DNA of 32,000 nucleotides from Dehalococcoidia bacterium (lineage in GTDB: Bacteria > Chloroflexota > Dehalococcoidia > SM23-28-2), in NCBI GenBank assembly GCA_030615765.1, contig JAUWYP010000011.1, positions 21,867 through 53,866 of the forward strand, read 5' to 3'. The position numbers were made by a program, and so were the translations under genes. Below are positions 1 to 7,674 of the stretch, piece by piece (the stretch's first letter is position 1; each line of letters opens with the position of its first letter). The notes beneath the pieces are model-generated. The model was not told where the DNA came from. It ran no database searches and worked only from the letters and a program-made list of their open reading frames with translations.

Positions 1-415
1 CCCACAGGCCGCCCTCCTTCCCATAGGCGAGCCGCCCTTCCGTCGGCGACCACTCATACAAGAACACCCCTTCATCGACCCAGTGAGCTTCGCTCCCATC
101 AGCGCGCATCACCCACAGACCGCCACAGCTCGAGGTCGGGTCCACTGTCTCGCATTTGGTCACCGCCAGCCATTGCCCGTCGCTGGACCAGCGCGGCCGT
201 CGATTTTGGCCCTCGCTGGTTAGGCGCCGCTCATGCCCGCTGTCCAGATCCACCACCCACACGTCGCCGTCGCGCACGTACGCGAGTTTGCCCAGACTGG
301 CGAGCGCCACGGTCGGGCTGGGAACGTCGGATCGTTGCGCAGCCTCTTCGCTGCATCCCTCCAAGAGTCCGGCCAAGACAAACACCACACCGAGGATTGT
401 CCACCACAGCCTCAT
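1..415 (-). CDS. Lipoprotein with PD40/TolB-like beta-propeller repeats (N-terminal part; gene runs off the window start)
   Basis: Own minus-strand translation from ATG 415-413: MRLWWTILGVVFVLAGLLEGCSEEAAQRSDVPSPTVALASLGKLAYVRDGDVWVVDLDSGHERRLTSEGQNRRPRWSSDGQWLAVTK... Shows a signal peptide with a lipobox-like LEGC. 'RPRWSSDGQWLAV' is a PD40-type signature. SD GAGGAGGGG (422-430, minus) lies 6 nt upstream. Absent from the ORF track because it is open at the window edge. Confidence 0.7.
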   Translation of the reverse strand, partial: MRLWWTILGVVFVLAGLLEGCSEEAAQRSDVPSPTVALASLGKLAYVRDGDVWVVDLDSGHERRLTSEGQNRRPRWSSDGQWLAVTKCETVDPTSSCGGLWVMRADGSEAHWVDEGVFLYEWSPTEGRLAYGKEGGLW

Positions 416-453
416 GCCTGACCCCTCCTCATTGGCCCTCGCTGGTTGGCTAC

Positions 454-482
454 ATCATAGGTCGTCTGCGAGACCTGCACAA
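454..482 (-). promoter_or_regulatory. Possible sigma70-type promoter for the PD40 lipoprotein gene
   Basis: Minus strand reads TTGTGC (482-477) - 17 nt - TATGAT (459-454), about 40 nt upstream of the ATG at 415. The -35 is weak. Confidence 0.3.
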
Positions 483-909
483 TCAATTCTGCACGTTGCG
501 GGACTCCTTTGTCGCTACCATCAGTGCTGACCAGCAAATGAACTGCTCACAGGACAACAAGGCGCCAGGCCTCAGCATTGCTCGCCAGCCCCACGCGCCC
601 GCTTTGGGTGTCGAGGCCACCATACTACCGCTGTCGGGCGCGCCGCCTGGCGCCAACCTTGCGATTTCCTTGTCCTTTGCCTGCGGCTTGGCGCCACCGC
701 CCTGATCCTGCTTGACAGCCAACTTCTCGTGTTCGACAACTTGGCTGTCCGCCGCGCGTCGGGGTGGCGTCTTTCGGGCCCTCCCGTCTCCGCAGGGGTT
801 CGTGAGGCGGTCCCCGACAGTGGCCCGAGGTAAGGTATAATGCGTGGAGAGGAGACATTCGCCTCCGTCCGCTCCGGGGCCCGGCAACGTTTGGGAGGCA
901 TCCGAAAGA

Positions 910-1761
910 ATGAAACGCAGTCCTAGCTGGCGCACCGCCATGGTCATCGTGTTCGGCGTTCTCGGCGTAGCCGCCGCAGTCACTTTTGCTGTGCGTAGCT
1001 GGCCATCGGGCACTCTGGATGCAGCGACTGTTCTAGCGAGGTCCCGGGACGCGGAAGCGAGAATCCTGGCTGAGGCCACGGAAGGGAAAGTATTCCATCT
1101 GGTGGATACGGTCTACAAGAGGCACGGGCCTGCCGCGGCTCGGATCAGAGCAATGAGCGACGAGTGGTATTCGCCAGAGTCATATCAGGGGGAGCTTTGG
1201 ATTGAGATAGGAAGCGGGGGCAAGATAAGCAGGGTGTGTGGTTCGGTGGCAGACGAGGAAGGCACCGTATATCAGGAAATTCGCACCGCGGGGGAGGAAG
1301 TGGTAACTCGCGATGTGGCGACGGGCACCGAGGAGCGCTGGCCGCTCCTCCGGTCCGTGAAGGATATAGCGCGTGCAGCCAAGATGTCCGTGCAGACTAT
1401 CGAGGAGGAGATCGCTAGTGGCAGTGCTACCATAGTCGGCCACGGGAGCGTGGATGGAAGCAGGACCATAATACTGGAGGTGAGCCGCCGGCCGGAGATT
1501 CGGGCGGCGCAACCCGAGAGCGAAGGCGAGGGGTATTCGATTGGTTACTCCCTGCCTTACACCGCCGACCTCGATGCTGTGGAGCGGGTAAAGCGCACGG
1601 AGATAGACAGCGGCACCTTCCTGCCCTTTCGCTGGTCGGTGGTAGTCATCGACGCCGCCGGTAAGGAGCATCTAGTGGAGGAGAAGCAGAGGGTCGCTTT
1701 CGAAATCGTCGAGCGTGCAGAGGTGCCCCCGGGGGTGTTCAGCGACCCGCAGGGTTCGTGA
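910..1761 (+). CDS. Hypothetical N-terminally membrane-anchored / secreted protein
   Basis: ORF 844..1761. The internal ATG at 910 gives MKRSPSWRTAMVIVFGVLGVAAAVTFAV..., a basic n-region followed by a hydrophobic helix. GGGAGG lies at 893-898 and a TATAAT box at 835-840. No family recognised. Confidence 0.6.
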   Translation: MKRSPSWRTAMVIVFGVLGVAAAVTFAVRSWPSGTLDAATVLARSRDAEARILAEATEGKVFHLVDTVYKRHGPAAARIRAMSDEWYSPESYQGELWIEIGSGGKISRVCGSVADEEGTVYQEIRTAGEEVVTRDVATGTEERWPLLRSVKDIARAAKMSVQTIEEEIASGSATIVGHGSVDGSRTIILEVSRRPEIRAAQPESEGEGYSIGYSLPYTADLDAVERVKRTEIDSGTFLPFRWSVVVIDAAGKEHLVEEKQRVAFEIVERAEVPPGVFSDPQGS

Positions 1762-1777
1762 CGGGTGGTGAGGGTGG

Positions 1778-2416
1778 ATGATCTGCTACATCTGCGGCCA
1801 GCCGGCGGTAGGCCAGTGCCAGAGCTGCTGGCGCTTCTACTGCAAAGAGCACGGTGACCTGCGCTGCCAGAACTGCGCTCGGTCAGGGGCGGGGGAGGCG
1901 CGCTTCGGCGTGTCGCCTCCGAGCTTTCAGGTCTTCAGAGTGGAGCGCGGCGCCGAGCGGCGAAGAGAGGGACGAAGGACCATGCGCGTCCCGTGGCGAC
2001 CGCCCAGACTCTACACCCTGGAGCGCGTCATCCCCGTGGTGCAAAGCCAGACTTGCGGCCAGACTGAGCTCATCCTTGTCTCCATTGAATGCTACGAGGA
2101 CGGCTTCCTTGTGAACCACATCGTTCGAGGAGGCCCGTCGCCGCCTCGGCCAAAGCTGGCCCTGGCGGGTTTCCACTCGCCGGAGCTATGGTGGGAAGCG
2201 AGCGATGACGCAGGAGTAGTCTATCAGGGAATGACCAGAGCGGGCGGAGGCGGCGCCGGCGACTTTCGCGGTAGCGCCTCCTTTAGCCCTCGGCTGAACC
2301 CGGCGGCGTCCGTGCTTCACTTGCGTGTGGAAGAAGTGCAGTGGCTAGCCCATGGGCCTGGGCAGAGGTCATCGGTGGAGGCGGGCCCCTGGCAATTCGA
2401 GATTGCGTTGACCTAA
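1778..2416 (+). CDS. Hypothetical protein with N-terminal Cys-rich (B-box/zinc-ribbon-like) motif
   Basis: MICYICGQPAVGQCQSCWRFYCKEHGDLRCQNCA contains 8 Cys/His in CxxC spacing. Purine-rich GGTGAGGGTGG lies directly upstream of the ATG. Starts 17 nt after the preceding gene, same strand. Confidence 0.6.
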   Translation: MICYICGQPAVGQCQSCWRFYCKEHGDLRCQNCARSGAGEARFGVSPPSFQVFRVERGAERRREGRRTMRVPWRPPRLYTLERVIPVVQSQTCGQTELILVSIECYEDGFLVNHIVRGGPSPPRPKLALAGFHSPELWWEASDDAGVVYQGMTRAGGGGAGDFRGSASFSPRLNPAASVLHLRVEEVQWLAHGPGQRSSVEAGPWQFEIALT

Positions 2417-2516
2417 AACATGCCGCCTCCGCCAGGCGCAGCAGACTTGGCCCCGTGGCTGTAGGACCGCGCGACGATGAGGCGATGCCTGCCTGGGCCG
2501 GCAGGTATCGGAATCT

Positions 2517-2801
2517 TCACGTGGCCGGCCTGATTCGTCCGTCTGTTCCGGCGACCGGGTCCCACCTCCATTCGCGTTCATGAAGAAGGACGGTGTTGAA
2601 CCAGACGTGAGCGCGGTCGCTATAGCCAGTCTCGAGGATGGCCTGCTCCGATCCCGGCGGGATTTCAATTTCGCAGGCGGCAAAGGCCTGGGATTCAGAC
2701 TCTGCACGGTAAAGGCGATTCAGGCAGAGCGTTCCGTTGTGCTCGGTCGTCGCCGGCCGGTGCTCGACGAAGGTTCCTGACGCTCTATCGTACCGAGCCA
2801 C
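2517..2801 (-). CDS. Small hypothetical protein (94 aa), start uncertain
   Basis: Part of ORF 2517..3125(-). The upstream part of that ORF overlaps the better-supported lipoprotein gene in another frame. The in-frame GTG at 2801 is preceded by GGGAG with 6-nt spacing. Product: (M)ARYDRASGTFVEHRPATTEHNGTLCLNRLYRAESES... No family recognised. Confidence 0.35.
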   Translation of the reverse strand: MARYDRASGTFVEHRPATTEHNGTLCLNRLYRAESESQAFAACEIEIPPGSEQAILETGYSDRAHVWFNTVLLHEREWRWDPVAGTDGRIRPAT

Positions 2802-2844
2802 AAGCCACTCCCGTACGGTGCCCGGCGGGACTCTTACCTTCTCC

Positions 2845-3396
2845 TTAGGGAGCGGCGGGGGTAGCGACCTCCTCTTCCTCTTCCTCCTCGCCGCCGCAGG
2901 CCAGGTCAACCTCGATGCCATTCTCGTCAGCGATTCCCTGAAGCTCGAGGCAGGCGTTTGCACTCTGCTCTGAGGCCGCGGCGAATGCCGGCATCGGCTC
3001 GGCGAGCAGCGCTTGCAACTCGGAGGGTGATTCGACATCCGCGAGCTGGTCACTGAAGTCCTCCAATGATGCCAGCATCTCCGCTCCGGCGGCGACGAAT
3101 TCGCTGTGGGCATCCCGGGCCTCACCTGGTGGCTGGAGGTTCTTCAGATCGTTGAAGGTTTCTTCAAAGATGTCCACGAGGCTATCGAAGTAATCCCGGC
3201 TTGCCTCAATGTCTTGCCCGACTCCCTCCGACTCCAGCCTCTCAACGCGTGTCTGGGCGTCATCGCTAATTCGGTCAAACTGCCGCAAGTACTCGTCGAG
3301 CTTTAGCTCCTCCTCCCCACCGCCGCAGGCCACCAGCAGCAGGGAACCTGCCACCAGACCGGCGACGACCAGCACATATCGCCATAGAAACTTCAT
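2845..3396 (-). CDS. Lipoprotein, helical, with poly-Glu C-terminal tail
   Basis: MKFLWRYVLVVAGLVAGSLLLVACGGGEEE... has a classical signal peptide and lipobox (LVAC). SD GGGAGGTG lies upstream. The C-terminus reads GGEEEEEEEVATPAAP. Confidence 0.75.
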   Translation of the reverse strand: MKFLWRYVLVVAGLVAGSLLLVACGGGEEELKLDEYLRQFDRISDDAQTRVERLESEGVGQDIEASRDYFDSLVDIFEETFNDLKNLQPPGEARDAHSEFVAAGAEMLASLEDFSDQLADVESPSELQALLAEPMPAFAAASEQSANACLELQGIADENGIEVDLACGGEEEEEEEVATPAAP

Positions 3397-3431
3397 GGCT
3401 CACCTCCCACGAATCAGGCTTTGGTGCCCCT

Positions 3432-3460
3432 ATACTACTTGCAGCCGTGAGCGCTCGCAA
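3432..3460 (-). promoter_or_regulatory. sigma70-type promoter of the 2845-3396 lipoprotein gene (member of the recurring cassette)
   Basis: Minus strand reads TTGCGA (3460-3455) - gcgctcacggctgcaag (17 nt) - TAGTAT (3437-3432). The spacer resembles those at 6930-6946 and 7652-7668. Confidence 0.5.
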
Positions 3461-3737
3461 GGGAAGAAGCTACAGCCATCCCGGCGTCACCACCAACCAC
3501 GCGATGGCATTGACGAGCAGCAAGATGGCCGGGGTCTCACCGCGGTTCAGGCCTTCTGTAGTCGACGCGGACGTCGAATGTGTCTGACCTAGCCGCAGAC
3601 ATGCTGGCCATGTCGATCGAAATGGCCTCTGTCCCCGGTGTGAAGCGGGCAATAAGCATCCTACCCCCCCGACGGGGTACTCGTCGATGGCATGCTGCCA
3701 TTCGGGCCCAACATGGGAGCGGATAGGCATCTTTGCA

Positions 3738-5321
3738 CTATGACCGCCGCCTAGCACCAATTCTTGCTAGGATGCCACCCGCCACTACCATAACGGAGCA
3801 GACAGCGGCGATGGCAATCTGCCACCACCCAATGGGCAGGCCAGAGGAGGACCCCGAAGGGGAGGGTTCTGGGGAAGGACTCCCTACCCTGTGTACTCCA
3901 AAGTCCACCCCAGTCGCCGCCTGGCCTTCCTCCAGGATCACCGTCCGCCAATACGTGTCAGGCACGGTGACCACCCAGTACGGCGGCTCATCCTGGTCGC
4001 TCTCCAGGTCCGGCTGGTCAGGGCGAAGGCTGTGCTCGCCAGGGCCAAGACCGCCCACAGCATAGCTGCCGTCTTCCCGCGTGTGAATGATGCCGCACTC
4101 GATGACGTCTGAAGAGCCGCGGGCAAGGCAAAGGCTCCATCTGTCGAGGCCTGGCTCGCCTTCCTCCAGCACGCCGTCCCCGTCCAGGTCGTTAATGACG
4201 CGGCCGGATATGCTCGCGGGCCGGAGCCGGGCGAAGCCAAAGTTTACCCCGGTCAGCATCTCACCTTCGGCCAGGACAATTGGGCCCTCGGGACCTGTGG
4301 TGCGGACGGACAGTCCCAACATCGGGGCGCTGGCGAATACCCTATACCTCCCCGCGGGCAGATCGCTAAGAAGGTAGCTGCCGTCAGCCTCGCTGGCTGC
4401 CGGCTCGAGGCTGTACGTGGAGAAGTCGACGCCCTCCAGCCGTAGCTGTGCTCTCTCGAGACGGGGCTCATCCGGCTCCATCAGGCCGTTCCTGTTGACA
4501 TCCTCAAATACGAACCCGCCGATGGCCCCCGTCCCCTCCAGGCGGCGAACACCAAAGCTGACCTCTGACGCGGCCTGGCCTTCCTCCAGCACGACCTCAC
4601 GGTGTACGCCCGTTCGGGGGTCTGGCGCAGGAGAAGTGGCTTGCCAGATCCCCTCAGGTACTCGTACGAGGCTCAGGCTCAGGTGATACGCCCCAGCCGA
4701 TAGGCCAGTGAATGAGTAACCACCGTCGACCCCCGTCTCCGCCCACATATCCCCCTCACGCAGGGTGAGCGACCATCCTTTCAGCCCGCACTCCCCTTCA
4801 TCCGGTACGCCGTCTCCATCGGTGTCCAAGAAGACGTAGCCCTTTATGCTCGCGCCCGCTGGGGAAGGTGGTGTGGGCGTGGCCTCAGGCAGGGCGATGC
4901 GAAAGTTCACTTCCTTGATGCTCTGGCCCGCTTCCACGGTCAGTCGATGCATCAGAGCAGCACCTGGTGCCGGTAACGGAGGGGCTCCATGAGGACCGAC
5001 TGGCGGTACAGGGCCCAAGACCACCAGATAGTCTCCCGGTTCGACGTCGGAGAAGCTGTAGCCGCCGTCCCAAGCAGTCGCGGCGACCTCAACCGGTTCG
5101 CTGACTTCGGGCCCGGTGACTTTGGCCAGGGTTAGGTACGACCGTTCGAGGCCTGGCTCGCACCGATCACGTAGGCCGTTCTCGTTCAGGTCGTAGAAGA
5201 CAAAGCCAGCAATGCTGTCAGGGCTCTCAGCAGAGGCCAGATTGGCCAGGCGGTCCGCTCGAAGGAGGCCAGCGGCTAGTGCTGCTGTTGCTAGGAGCAC
5301 CACCACCCATACTAGCTTCAT
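3738..5321 (-). CDS. Surface protein with 4 SdrD-B-like (Cna-B/carboxypeptidase-regulatory-like) repeats and a C-terminal TM anchor
   Basis: ORF 3738..5384. The start is taken as ATG 5321 (MKLVWVVVLLATAALAAG, signal peptide), because a TATAAT box lies inside the longer extension. Four repeats of G[FY]VF.D.N.NG..D..E.GL....L.L: IAGFVFYDLNENGLRDRCEPGL, IKGYVFLDTDGDGVPDEGECGL, IGGFVFEDVNRNGLMEPDEPRL, ISGRVINDLDGDGVLEEGEPGL. The C-terminus has a Pro/Ser-rich stalk, the hydrophobic helix WWQIAIAAVCSVMVVAGGIL, and a basic tail ARIGARRRS. Confidence 0.8.
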   Translation of the reverse strand: MKLVWVVVLLATAALAAGLLRADRLANLASAESPDSIAGFVFYDLNENGLRDRCEPGLERSYLTLAKVTGPEVSEPVEVAATAWDGGYSFSDVEPGDYLVVLGPVPPVGPHGAPPLPAPGAALMHRLTVEAGQSIKEVNFRIALPEATPTPPSPAGASIKGYVFLDTDGDGVPDEGECGLKGWSLTLREGDMWAETGVDGGYSFTGLSAGAYHLSLSLVRVPEGIWQATSPAPDPRTGVHREVVLEEGQAASEVSFGVRRLEGTGAIGGFVFEDVNRNGLMEPDEPRLERAQLRLEGVDFSTYSLEPAASEADGSYLLSDLPAGRYRVFASAPMLGLSVRTTGPEGPIVLAEGEMLTGVNFGFARLRPASISGRVINDLDGDGVLEEGEPGLDRWSLCLARGSSDVIECGIIHTREDGSYAVGGLGPGEHSLRPDQPDLESDQDEPPYWVVTVPDTYWRTVILEEGQAATGVDFGVHRVGSPSPEPSPSGSSSGLPIGWWQIAIAAVCSVMVVAGGILARIGARRRS

Positions 5322-5366
5322 CGCTATCGCCTGCCTGCTGCCAGCGTCGTTCTCGTTTACGCTAGC

Positions 5367-5372
5367 ATTATA
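5367..5372 (-). promoter_or_regulatory. -10 box (TATAAT) for the SdrD-B-repeat gene
   Basis: The minus strand reads TATAAT about 45 nt upstream of ATG 5321. No convincing -35. Confidence 0.35.
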
Positions 5373-5384
5373 CCTGGTACGCAT

Positions 5385-5414
5385 AGTGCTCTGCTTGCCA
5401 GGGTACCTGGCGGC
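5385..5414 (+). promoter_or_regulatory. sigma70-type promoter for the 5485 lipoprotein gene (divergent from the SdrD-like gene)
   Basis: TTGCCA (5385-5390) - 18 nt - TACAAT (5409-5414). Confidence 0.5.
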
Positions 5415-5484
5415 CGCCTACAATAAGGCTACCGAGGCTGCCATTACGAAACAGCTTTTCGCTCTCAGCGGGCAGGCATTAGCG

Positions 5485-6228
5485 ATGCGAACGTTTGTCG
5501 CCGCCGTTGCCTTTGGTAGTGCTTGTGTGCTCTTCCTCGCGTGCATTGGCACAGAGGCTACACCGTCCCATGGGCTGACCCCCCAGCAGATCCTTCAGCA
5601 AGCCATGGAGGTCGGCCGGGATCTGCGGTCCCTTCGGTCCCTGGAGATCAGCGATGACGGAACCACCGTCGAACGCCTCTTCCAGGCCCCCGACACTGTC
5701 TATGTGAAAGTGATCCCAGCGACTGGCCCCAGAGGCTTCTGGCCTGAGATGCTCGTCGTTGGCTCCGAAGCCTTCCTCCGGGATTCGGGCGGCGAGTGGG
5801 AGCCAGCGCAAGGGGAGGGTGCAGTCGTCACAACGCGCGAAATCGCAGACGGCGATTGGGCGCCTCTTGCCTACGGCATCGATTTCCGTCGGCTGCTATC
5901 AGACCCCACTCTGGCCGCCGATGAGGTCATCAATGGCCGTCTCACCTACCATATCGTAGCCTCCTTCCGCTACGACCTGGCCTATCCCGAGCCCGACCTG
6001 CCCGGCTATCCAGACCTCTCTCCCCGGCCAGCTGCCGTCCTGCCTACCCCGGAGGCAGACTACGTCTCCGGCTCCTTCGACCTCTGGATCGGTCAAGGCG
6101 ACTTCTATGTGTACCGCATGGATGTTACGGGCAGCAGCTACGCTGACGAAACCCCAAAAGAATCCTTCCACCGCTCTACCCGCTTCTCGAACTTCAACGA
6201 ACGTCTCGATATCCCAAGCCCTAAGTAA
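5485..6228 (+). CDS. Hypothetical lipoprotein
   Basis: ORF 5212..6228. Its first 91 codons are antisense to the SdrD-like gene start and contain the promoter. The internal ATG 5485 gives MRTFVAAVAFGSACVLFLACIGTE, a signal peptide with lipobox FLAC. Confidence 0.7.
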   Translation: MRTFVAAVAFGSACVLFLACIGTEATPSHGLTPQQILQQAMEVGRDLRSLRSLEISDDGTTVERLFQAPDTVYVKVIPATGPRGFWPEMLVVGSEAFLRDSGGEWEPAQGEGAVVTTREIADGDWAPLAYGIDFRRLLSDPTLAADEVINGRLTYHIVASFRYDLAYPEPDLPGYPDLSPRPAAVLPTPEADYVSGSFDLWIGQGDFYVYRMDVTGSSYADETPKESFHRSTRFSNFNERLDIPSPK

Positions 6229-6351
6229 GCCTCCTGGCTCGATCAACGTGCGCACCCCCTCAGAAGGATGTCCGATACCGCCAGTTATCTGACTTTCACG
6301 GGGTAATGACACGGAACGAGCGATAGTGTTTCGGCGGAGCAGGTCGGCGGC

Positions 6352-6873
6352 TTACCAGCGCAGTTCGTCCAGTCGCAGTCTAACCTGGCGCTCTATTTCC
6401 CTTAGGCTCTTTTCCTTCTCCGATACCCCAGCCCACCACTGATCCATTTCCGCCGTGATCACGGACATGAGGTGAGTGTCGAGGTTCTCGAGGCCGTCAT
6501 GAAGTTGTTCCACAAGGTGGCTCAGCGTGTCGTCCGTAATGCGGTAGGGCTCCCACCGGCGGCGAGGCTGATCCCTTGACTCCTCCAATCGCCGAGCTAC
6601 GGAGCGATTGTAGGCGTCCAGCGGTGAGGATCTGAGGAAGCGCACATCGGCATGGATGCGGAAAGCAGCCCCAAGGAGTCGCCCGCAGTCGTCCAGCCTC
6701 TCCTCTATCATCTGCCGCAGTTCTCTATGGATTTCGCGCTCGCGCTCTTCCTCGCGCTCACGGCGGCGCAGGTGATGGTTAACAATAGGCCCTAACACGC
6801 TGCCCAGCACGCCGCTAAGGAGCCCCACAATAACCAGAATAACCGCTGTGATCGTCGTGTTCACGAAGGCCAT
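6352..6873 (-). CDS. Hypothetical N-terminally membrane-anchored, charged helical protein
   Basis: ORF 6352..7035. The internal ATG 6873 gives MAFVNTTITAVILVIVGLLSGVLGSVLGPIV (TM helix), followed by the highly charged RRREREEEREREIHRELRQ. The longer extension would overlap the marR-type promoter and RBS. No clear SD, so the start is uncertain. Confidence 0.55.
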   Translation of the reverse strand: MAFVNTTITAVILVIVGLLSGVLGSVLGPIVNHHLRRREREEEREREIHRELRQMIEERLDDCGRLLGAAFRIHADVRFLRSSPLDAYNRSVARRLEESRDQPRRRWEPYRITDDTLSHLVEQLHDGLENLDTHLMSVITAEMDQWWAGVSEKEKSLREIERQVRLRLDELRW

Positions 6874-6923
6874 CTTATCAGAGTGCGCTACGCCGCCGCG
6901 ACACCTATTCTCCCAGCATACCC

Positions 6924-6952
6924 TTGCCAACCCTCGCGGCTGCGAGTAGGAT
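6924..6952 (+). promoter_or_regulatory. sigma70-type promoter of the MarR-family gene with palindromic spacer (candidate operator)
   Basis: TTGCCA (6924-6929) - accCTCGCggctGCGAG (17 nt) - TAGGAT (6947-6952). SD GGAGGGAGG lies at 6983-6991 and the ATG at 7001. Confidence 0.55.
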
Positions 6953-7000
6953 GGGGCTACTATCCGCACAAAAGGCACAAGAGGAGGGAGGACACCTCTG

Positions 7001-7507
7001 ATGACGACAAGACAGCAACAGAAAGGGAAGGCCAAGCTTGAGGGCGCCAGGGGCCTAGCTGAATGGATAACGATCTATAAAGCCTACAACGCCATCTTCA
7101 AGCTGACCGAGTTGGCTCTTCTGCCCCATGGTCTTTCGCTTCCCCAGCTCCATCTCCTGGGTGTCCTGAAAAAGGGGGACGAGCCGATCACCACTGGCGA
7201 GATAGGGCAAGCCATGGTCAAGGCTAGCCAGACGATAACTGGGCTGGTGGACAGGCTGGAGGAGCCAGGCCTGGTGGAAAGGATCTTTGACAGGCGTGAT
7301 CGACGCAAGACATGGGTCCGCATGACCGAAAAAGGCGAAAGCAAATTCACCGAGGCCTTCCCCGTCGCAAATCGCCTGGCCGAGGAACTCTCTGCTGTTC
7401 TGACCGACCAGGAGCTAAAGGACTTGCAGGCCAAAGTAGAGAAGCTATGGCGTGCGGCGACAGATAGGCTTGACGCGGTCCTCACCTCAAGCGGTAGGAC
7501 ACGCTAG
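7001..7507 (+). CDS. MarR-family transcriptional regulator
   Basis: LSLPQLHLLGVLKKGDEPITTGEIGQAMVKASQTITGLVDRLEEPGLVERIFDRRDRRKTWVRMTEKGESKF is the canonical MarR winged-helix pattern (recognition helix, then the D.RD.R wing). Strong SD upstream. Confidence 0.9.
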   Translation: MTTRQQQKGKAKLEGARGLAEWITIYKAYNAIFKLTELALLPHGLSLPQLHLLGVLKKGDEPITTGEIGQAMVKASQTITGLVDRLEEPGLVERIFDRRDRRKTWVRMTEKGESKFTEAFPVANRLAEELSAVLTDQELKDLQAKVEKLWRAATDRLDAVLTSSGRTR

Positions 7508-7645
7508 TAGCCTCCAGGGTCTGTAAGCGGTTCCTCAATGGGCACCTGAAGGCTCGCTCTTGCTCCCCTGAAGACGGGGGTGCCATCCAGCGGACTCCCC
7601 TGACCAACGGCATTGTGCGGTTCGTGGTGAACGCAGTTTCTTCTC

Positions 7646-7674
7646 TTGCCATCCCTCGCGCCTGCGAGTACGAT
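7646..7674 (+). promoter_or_regulatory. Second copy of the palindromic-spacer promoter cassette, upstream of the PQQ-like propeller gene
   Basis: TTGCCA (7646-7651) - tccCTCGCgcctGCGAG (17 nt) - TACGAT (7669-7674). Confidence 0.45.

Noticed and set aside
483-1079. 198-aa minus-strand ORF and nested ORFs 572..901 and 625..858, plus plus-strand ORFs 156..530, 233..421 and 397..705
   Set aside because: They overlap the PD40 lipoprotein gene, its promoter region and the 910 gene start. The sequences are low-complexity Arg/Ala/Pro with no motifs or RBS.
3470-3760. 96-aa minus-strand ORF and overlapping plus-strand ORF 3209..3592
   Set aside because: No RBS and no recognisable motif. It partly overlaps the 3' end of the SdrD-like gene and the lipoprotein promoter. 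It cannot be excluded as a tiny membrane protein, but it is unsupported.
5212-5484. Long N-terminal extensions of ORFs 5212..6228, 3738..5384 and 6352..7035
   Set aside because: The extensions run through the divergent promoter regions or antisense to the neighbouring gene. Internal ATGs give proper signal peptides or TM anchors.
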